From: Thainema sp.
GTDB taxonomy: Bacteria; Cyanobacteriota; Cyanobacteriia; Phormidesmidales; Phormidesmidaceae
Length of the DNA: 64,000 bases
NCBI GenBank assembly: GCA_052168235.1
Contig: JBQLZK010000030.1
Coordinates: forward strand, 15,986 to 79,985
Direction of reading: 5' to 3'
In this document: one piece after another, positions 59,313-64,000 of the stretch
Layout: each line of letters starts with the position of its first letter
Numbering within the stretch: position 1 is the stretch's first letter
Made by a program: the position numbers and the translations under genes
Notes under the pieces: model-generated
The model's input: only the letters and a program-made list of their open reading frames with translations
Databases searched by the model: none
What the model was told of the DNA's origin: nothing

Positions 59313-59783
59313 TTAAAGAGCAACAACAGCAGTTGTGCTGGAGATAGAAACGAGCGCCTGTTCGGTCGCTGTATTTTCAGTTCCGACATCATGGGCCAAA
59401 ATCTCAGTTGAGATGCTAGGCGAATTGAGCAGCGTATTGTGAATAATGCAAGCCTCGACCGCTTTGTGCAATCCTTTCTCATGCCGAGGCTCTAGTTCAT
59501 AAGGCAGTATGATGCGAATGCTGATGCTGCCTAAGCGAGCGGGTTGGCCAACCTTCTCAGCCGAAACGCTAATGCTCAGATCGTCTGTATCCAGATGACG
59601 CGTTTCAAGATATTTAACCGCATAGAAGCCTGCACAACTGCCTAAGGCGGCCAGCAGCCATTCCGGCGGCGTCATACCGCGATCGCAACCTCCATTACTA
59701 AAGGGCTGGTCACTAACTATCTGGTGAGATCGTGCTGAAGCGATGAACTGGAGTCCATCCTGGTGAGAAACGTTAACCTGCAT
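59313..59783 (-). CDS. OsmC-family protein
   Basis: DQP..GG.D.G.TP.E.LLAALGSC...ACIIHNTL. Confidence 0.88.
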   Translation of the reverse strand: MQVNVSHQDGLQFIASARSHQIVSDQPFSNGGCDRGMTPPEWLLAALGSCAGFYAVKYLETRHLDTDDLSISVSAEKVGQPARLGSISIRIILPYELEPRHEKGLHKAVEACIIHNTLLNSPSISTEILAHDVGTENTATEQALVSISSTTAVVAL

Positions 59784-59893
59784 GATGCTCCCTCTGAAAT
59801 AGTGAAACTTGTGCTGGAAAACAGATAAAGTCCCTATAAAGCAGTGCGATCGCAAATCCGTTGGCCAAATCTTAAAAATTAAGATGTTGAAGA

Positions 59894-59927
59894 ATCTAGG
59901 GGAGCTGGAGGGATGGCTCCCCTAGAT
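59894..59927 (-). terminator. Hairpin upstream of the OsmC gene
   Basis: ATCTAGGGGAGC / GCTCCCCTAGAT; pyrimidine run follows on the minus strand. Confidence 0.55.
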
Positions 59928-60333
59928 GCAGGTCAACGCGGCAATTTCAGGAATCCATCAAGCTGTAGCTGAGCTATGAAGTGATTACAAAGTTGCCTCA
60001 AGTCCTTGCAAGTAGCACACAGGAGACTTGTTCCTTGTCTGCCTTGATCCTGCTAGATCCCATCGGGGATCACAAGACGTTACGGTGACAACCGCTTAGT
60101 TACCAAAAGTAAAAAATTGCCATTCCGCCTACAATTGAAGAAGCTATAAAGAATTATTAAAGCTTGCACGATGTCTACCCCGAACCAGTGGGAATAAGAG
60201 AAAACATGAAAAAGAAGTCTATTGCTTTGATGGCTCTAAATTCAATTCGCTATCAAATTGGAGCCATCTTTCCTAATTGTTGGAAGTGCGCAGCACTCTG
60301 CTTCCAACAATTAGTTTTAAATTTTCGAAGTTC

Positions 60334-60738
60334 ATGCCCTTTAAAGATTATTTAGAAAGTGCGATCGCACCTATGATGCATCAACCGTTATCCCCAATTT
60401 GTCAGGACAATTCCCAATGTCCAATTCAGTTTGTCGTCGATTTGATTGGCAGCAAATGGGCCATTTTAATTCTGCGGGAACTATTTAAAGGGAGCTGTCG
60501 GACTCACGATTTCACCGATCGTCTACCCGGACTCAGCACTAAAACACTGATGGTGCGGCTCAAAGAACTCGAACGACACGGACTGATTGAGCGTCGCGTA
60601 TATGCCGAAATTCCACCCCATGTTGAATATTCACTGACACCCAAAGGTCGAGAAATTCAGCCGGTATTAATTGCACTCTACGACGTTGGCCATCGCTGGC
60701 TGGCCCAGACAGACTGCACCTGTCCCATTACCGACTAA
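60334..60738 (+). CDS. HxlR/DUF24 transcriptional regulator
   Basis: CPIQFVVDLIGSKW...PPHVEYSLTPKG; start uncertain (60334 or 60373). Confidence 0.9.
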   Translation: MPFKDYLESAIAPMMHQPLSPICQDNSQCPIQFVVDLIGSKWAILILRELFKGSCRTHDFTDRLPGLSTKTLMVRLKELERHGLIERRVYAEIPPHVEYSLTPKGREIQPVLIALYDVGHRWLAQTDCTCPITD

Positions 60739-60827
60739 CCTAAACTTTTCCATGTGATGGCTCAGCTCTGGCTCCTTGCCAATTGAGAACCCACCGAATA
60801 ATTTTGCTGCCGTATTTTGCTGCCGTG

Positions 60828-61268
60828 ATGCTGCCTGACCACTACCAAATTCGCCCCGCCACCGCACAAGACCTCTGGTCAATTCGTAAGCTGGTCTTTT
60901 CCGCTAAACTCGACCCTACACAACTTCGCTGGCAGCAGTTTTGGGTCATTGATCACGCTGGGCAGGTGATTGCCTGTGGCCAACTGCGAGACTTTGGTGA
61001 TGCGCAAGAATTAGGCAGCCTCGTCGTGCAACCCGATTGGCGCGATCGCGGATTGGGACGCATGTTGACTGAGTATTTGATCCAGCAGGCAACGAAACCA
61101 CTCTATCTGGAATGTTTGGGTCAGAGACTAGCCCAGTTCTACCGCCAATTTGGGTTTCACGCGGTGGACTGGCCAACCTTGCCTGCGGCAATCCGCCATA
61201 AGTTCCGCATCACGCATTTGTTAGCAACGCTGTTTCGCCTACCGCTCTTCATCATGCAGCACGATTAA
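60828..61268 (+). CDS. GNAT acetyltransferase
   Basis: IRPAT, ELGSLVVQPDWRDRGLG, FYRQFGF. Confidence 0.9.
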   Translation: MLPDHYQIRPATAQDLWSIRKLVFSAKLDPTQLRWQQFWVIDHAGQVIACGQLRDFGDAQELGSLVVQPDWRDRGLGRMLTEYLIQQATKPLYLECLGQRLAQFYRQFGFHAVDWPTLPAAIRHKFRITHLLATLFRLPLFIMQHD

Positions 61269-61334
61269 TCACGGTTCTACAAATTAGCCGACAGATGAGG
61301 TCAATTGAGGTCAGTATTGAATGCCTGCTGAGTG

Positions 61335-61442
61335 CTAAGGAGTGTGAATTTAATAAGGTGGAAATCTTTGGGGTAGGGACACGGCAATACCGTGTCCCTA
61401 CAGATGGAAAGGTTTACAGGCTATTTAATCCACAATCCTAAG
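61335..61442. repeat. REP-containing MITE, copy B
   Basis: Inverted homolog of 31271-31376. Confidence 0.8.
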
Positions 61443-61572
61443 TGCTGTAACTTGCTTCCGCGTAGCGATGGACTGAGTCATTAATTTACAGCGGTAATTT
61501 AGAGAATTGGCATAATGCGAGTCAGCCATACTGAATCGCTCTTACTGAATCGCTCTTACTGTAAAGACATCG

Positions 61573-62691
61573 CTATCCCACAGGCGATCGCGATTGCTGA
61601 ATTTGACGAACCTGTTGTTCGCGTTCAATCGCTTCAAATAGCGCTTGAAAGTTACCTTCGCCAAAGCCAACGGCCTGCTGTTGTTGTCCAGCGAGATCAA
61701 CCGTTTGCCGCTGAATAATTTCAAAGAAGAATGTGGGCTCGGCAAAAATGGGCTGGGTGAAGATTTGCAGCAGCATGGCCTCGGGCGTTTCTTCCGACTG
61801 ATCGACCAAAATTTCTTGCTGTGCGATCGCAGACCAATCAACCCTCTGCAAGGCGCGATCTACGCGATGTTCGACCTGCTGATAATAGGCAGCGGGCACC
61901 GTGAGAAATTTCAGGCCGCGCTTTCGCAACTGTTCTACAGTCGCCACAATATTATTGGTTTCTAACGCTACATGCTGAATGCCGGAACCGCGATTTTCAT
62001 CCAGAAATTCTTGAATTTGTGAAGTAGCAGAGGTTGGCTCATTAATTGGAATTTGGGCACTGCCCTCTGGATGATTGAGCACCTGACTCCGCAAACCAGA
62101 GCGGGGCGTTTGAATCGCGAACTCTCGCTGTCGCTGAAATCCCAGTACCGATTCGTACCAATCAACCGCACGATGTAACTCTCCCTGCGCGATATTCAGC
62201 ACCGCATGATCAATCCGCAGCAGTTCCCCCCCCGATAGCGTCGCCAATTTGGGGGCTGATGCCTGAGTCGCGAGTGGAAATCCCGGCATCAAGGGCGTCT
62301 GTCCCTGCCGCTCGACCAAAAGATGAACCAGATCACCCCAGCCGCGAATTTTGGCCCATTTCAGCTGCCCTTGCTCCTCGGTTTGGACTTGGATAGGCGT
62401 AATCAGCTCTGCGCCCGCTGCGATCGCAGTGGCTACGACTCGATCCAAGTTGCGCACCCGCAGCCCGACTTCAGCAATCCCGGCTGGATGACGCCGCAGA
62501 TAATCCGCCACCACTCCTTGAGACTGAAGCGGTGCCGAAAGTGAGATCGCAATATTATTTTGCTGAAAAAGCTCTGTATGGCAAGTTGCAGTGGTTTGCG
62601 TCGCAATGGAACGACAGCCCAGCATATGCACCAGTTGATAACGGGCCGCCTCTGCCTCTTTTACGTAGAAGTGAACGTGGTCAATATCCAT
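61573..62691 (-). CDS. hppD: 4-hydroxyphenylpyruvate dioxygenase
   Basis: IDHVHF, IDHAVLN, SQIQEFL..GSGIQHVAL, FFEIIQR, GFGEGNFQALFEAIE. Confidence 0.95.
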   Translation of the reverse strand: MDIDHVHFYVKEAEAARYQLVHMLGCRSIATQTTATCHTELFQQNNIAISLSAPLQSQGVVADYLRRHPAGIAEVGLRVRNLDRVVATAIAAGAELITPIQVQTEEQGQLKWAKIRGWGDLVHLLVERQGQTPLMPGFPLATQASAPKLATLSGGELLRIDHAVLNIAQGELHRAVDWYESVLGFQRQREFAIQTPRSGLRSQVLNHPEGSAQIPINEPTSATSQIQEFLDENRGSGIQHVALETNNIVATVEQLRKRGLKFLTVPAAYYQQVEHRVDRALQRVDWSAIAQQEILVDQSEETPEAMLLQIFTQPIFAEPTFFFEIIQRQTVDLAGQQQQAVGFGEGNFQALFEAIEREQQVRQIQQSRSPVG

Positions 62692-63293
62692 AGGAAACGA
62701 AAGGAAACAAACAAGAAACAAGCAGCTAAAAGCTAGCAGCGAAATTTGCAGAGGAAACTTCTGTTCAAGAATCCGCTCGTTAAAACCCCATGAGCTTTTT
62801 ATAAACTCACACTGGGAAATTCTCAAACTAGATTCCGTATTACTCTCGATTCTGCCGAATTTTAGCGATTTACTAGTCTTTCTTGGGGAAGAATCCTGCC
62901 GTAAAACCACTGATTCCCTATCCTTAACTATCCGACAGCGCTATCAGACGACGGAACAGGGGGCTTATCTACCCTTGTATCCCAAAACGCATTTGTCGTC
63001 CGAATTTTGGCGGATCGGGCTTACCTCATGACGAGCGAGATCAGACCGAGTCTTGGCTGTCACGACGATCCTTAAGCTTCAGTAAGTTTTCAGTATTTAT
63101 ACTGATAATTTTTCACAAACGTTGCCAATTGCATGAAGCTTCAGTGAACTCTCCGGTTTTATAGAGAAAGTCCTGCATAAGTTTTTAGATCCTTGATTAA
63201 AAATCCTAACTAAGGGTTTTCACCCAAACGTTTGGACGACTAGGGCAATATCCTCTGCCCAGACAATATCTAGAGACTAAAACTCTAAAACTC

Positions 63294-63839
63294 ATGAACA
63301 ATCGTCATCAGCCAAACTCTTTCTCTCTGCAGTGGATATATTCCCTCTCATTGCGACTGCGTCGTCAATCTGCTGGCGATGACGGCATGACCCTGATGGA
63401 AGTCCTGATCGTTGTTTTCGTGACGGGTATCCTCGCCACTATTGCGTGGCCAAGCTGGCTGAACATGCAGCAAAAAGCATATTACGCAGAAGCCCGCGCC
63501 TATATGGACGCTATGCGCGATGAGTTGGAAATGTATCGGCTGGAAGCGGGTGATTTTCCGCCGGACGTCAACGCCAATACTCGACCAGCGGGCATAACAG
63601 GTAAATGGTATCTAGCGGCTGATATGCCCTACAACAGCGGCACAGACTACGAACATTGGGGCGTTGGCTCCGAGGAATGTGTCGTAGCCATTACCTGGTT
63701 TGGTAGAAACCAACAGCGGAACTCTCCCGCCCACACCAAATCCGCAGGCAAAAGTGCGTTTGCAGAGTACGAGGATGATTTGGTCTTAACCCTGAATCAG
63801 TACAGCTGCCCAGGGACAAAAAAAGGCAGCAAAAGATAA
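63294..63839 (+). CDS. Type IV pilin/pseudopilin-like protein
   Basis: G|MTLMEVLIVVFVTGILATIAWP prepilin cleavage site; C-terminal Cys pair. Confidence 0.88.
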   Translation: MNNRHQPNSFSLQWIYSLSLRLRRQSAGDDGMTLMEVLIVVFVTGILATIAWPSWLNMQQKAYYAEARAYMDAMRDELEMYRLEAGDFPPDVNANTRPAGITGKWYLAADMPYNSGTDYEHWGVGSEECVVAITWFGRNQQRNSPAHTKSAGKSAFAEYEDDLVLTLNQYSCPGTKKGSKR

Positions 63840-64000
63840 CCGAATTGATTCCACTAGCTAGCGCTAGCACGCTAAAAAAATCCAAAACCGGGGGCATGCC
63901 CTCTTTTTTTGTGGATGTTTGCTTTTGGGTATTTGGTCTAATTTGCTGGAGTTTAGACTAAAGAGCGAAAGAAAATCGCGGTCGTGCTAGGCACGAACCG

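Noticed and set aside
61531..61561. 14-bp tandem duplication ACTGAATCGCTCTT
   Set aside because: Isolated slippage-type duplication with no functional sign
62692..63293. Riboswitch upstream of the pilin-like gene, and the hppD N-terminal extension
   Set aside because: No recognisable aptamer consensus; the extension does not resemble HppD

Overview
Cyanobacterial chromosome segment; HIP1 (GCGATCGC, often TGCGATCGCA) is abundant and many genes are cyanobacteria-typical. Positions 1-~12160 are the right part of an element integrated at the 3' end of tRNA-Thr(CGT). Its backbone is a tyrosine integrase with upstream arm-type repeats, a hypothetical gene, an excisionase-like gene, a TOPRIM/SF3 primase-helicase containing a symmetric inverted iteron array, and two overlapping small genes, as in a phage satellite or integrative element. 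Its cargo looks like anti-phage or conflict machinery: (i) a caspase-STAND NTPase-TM-pentapeptide-repeat protein divergently paired with a Trypco1/CU044_2847-like gene, and (ii) a coupled pair of a hydrophobic-hairpin coiled-coil protein and a QxK nuclease-like protein, the latter interrupted by an IS256-family element. The rest is mostly core genome (uvrC, plmA, desA, pdxH, nblA plus an hli gene missing from the ORF track, photolyase, queA, hppD, thioredoxin, kinases, K+ channel, Wzc-like protein, pilin-like gene). It also holds an orphan GNAT-like/Rieske/SDR/SDR operon, an IS110 remnant and several families of small palindromic MITE/REP elements. Family assignments come from reading motifs by eye, not from database searches.
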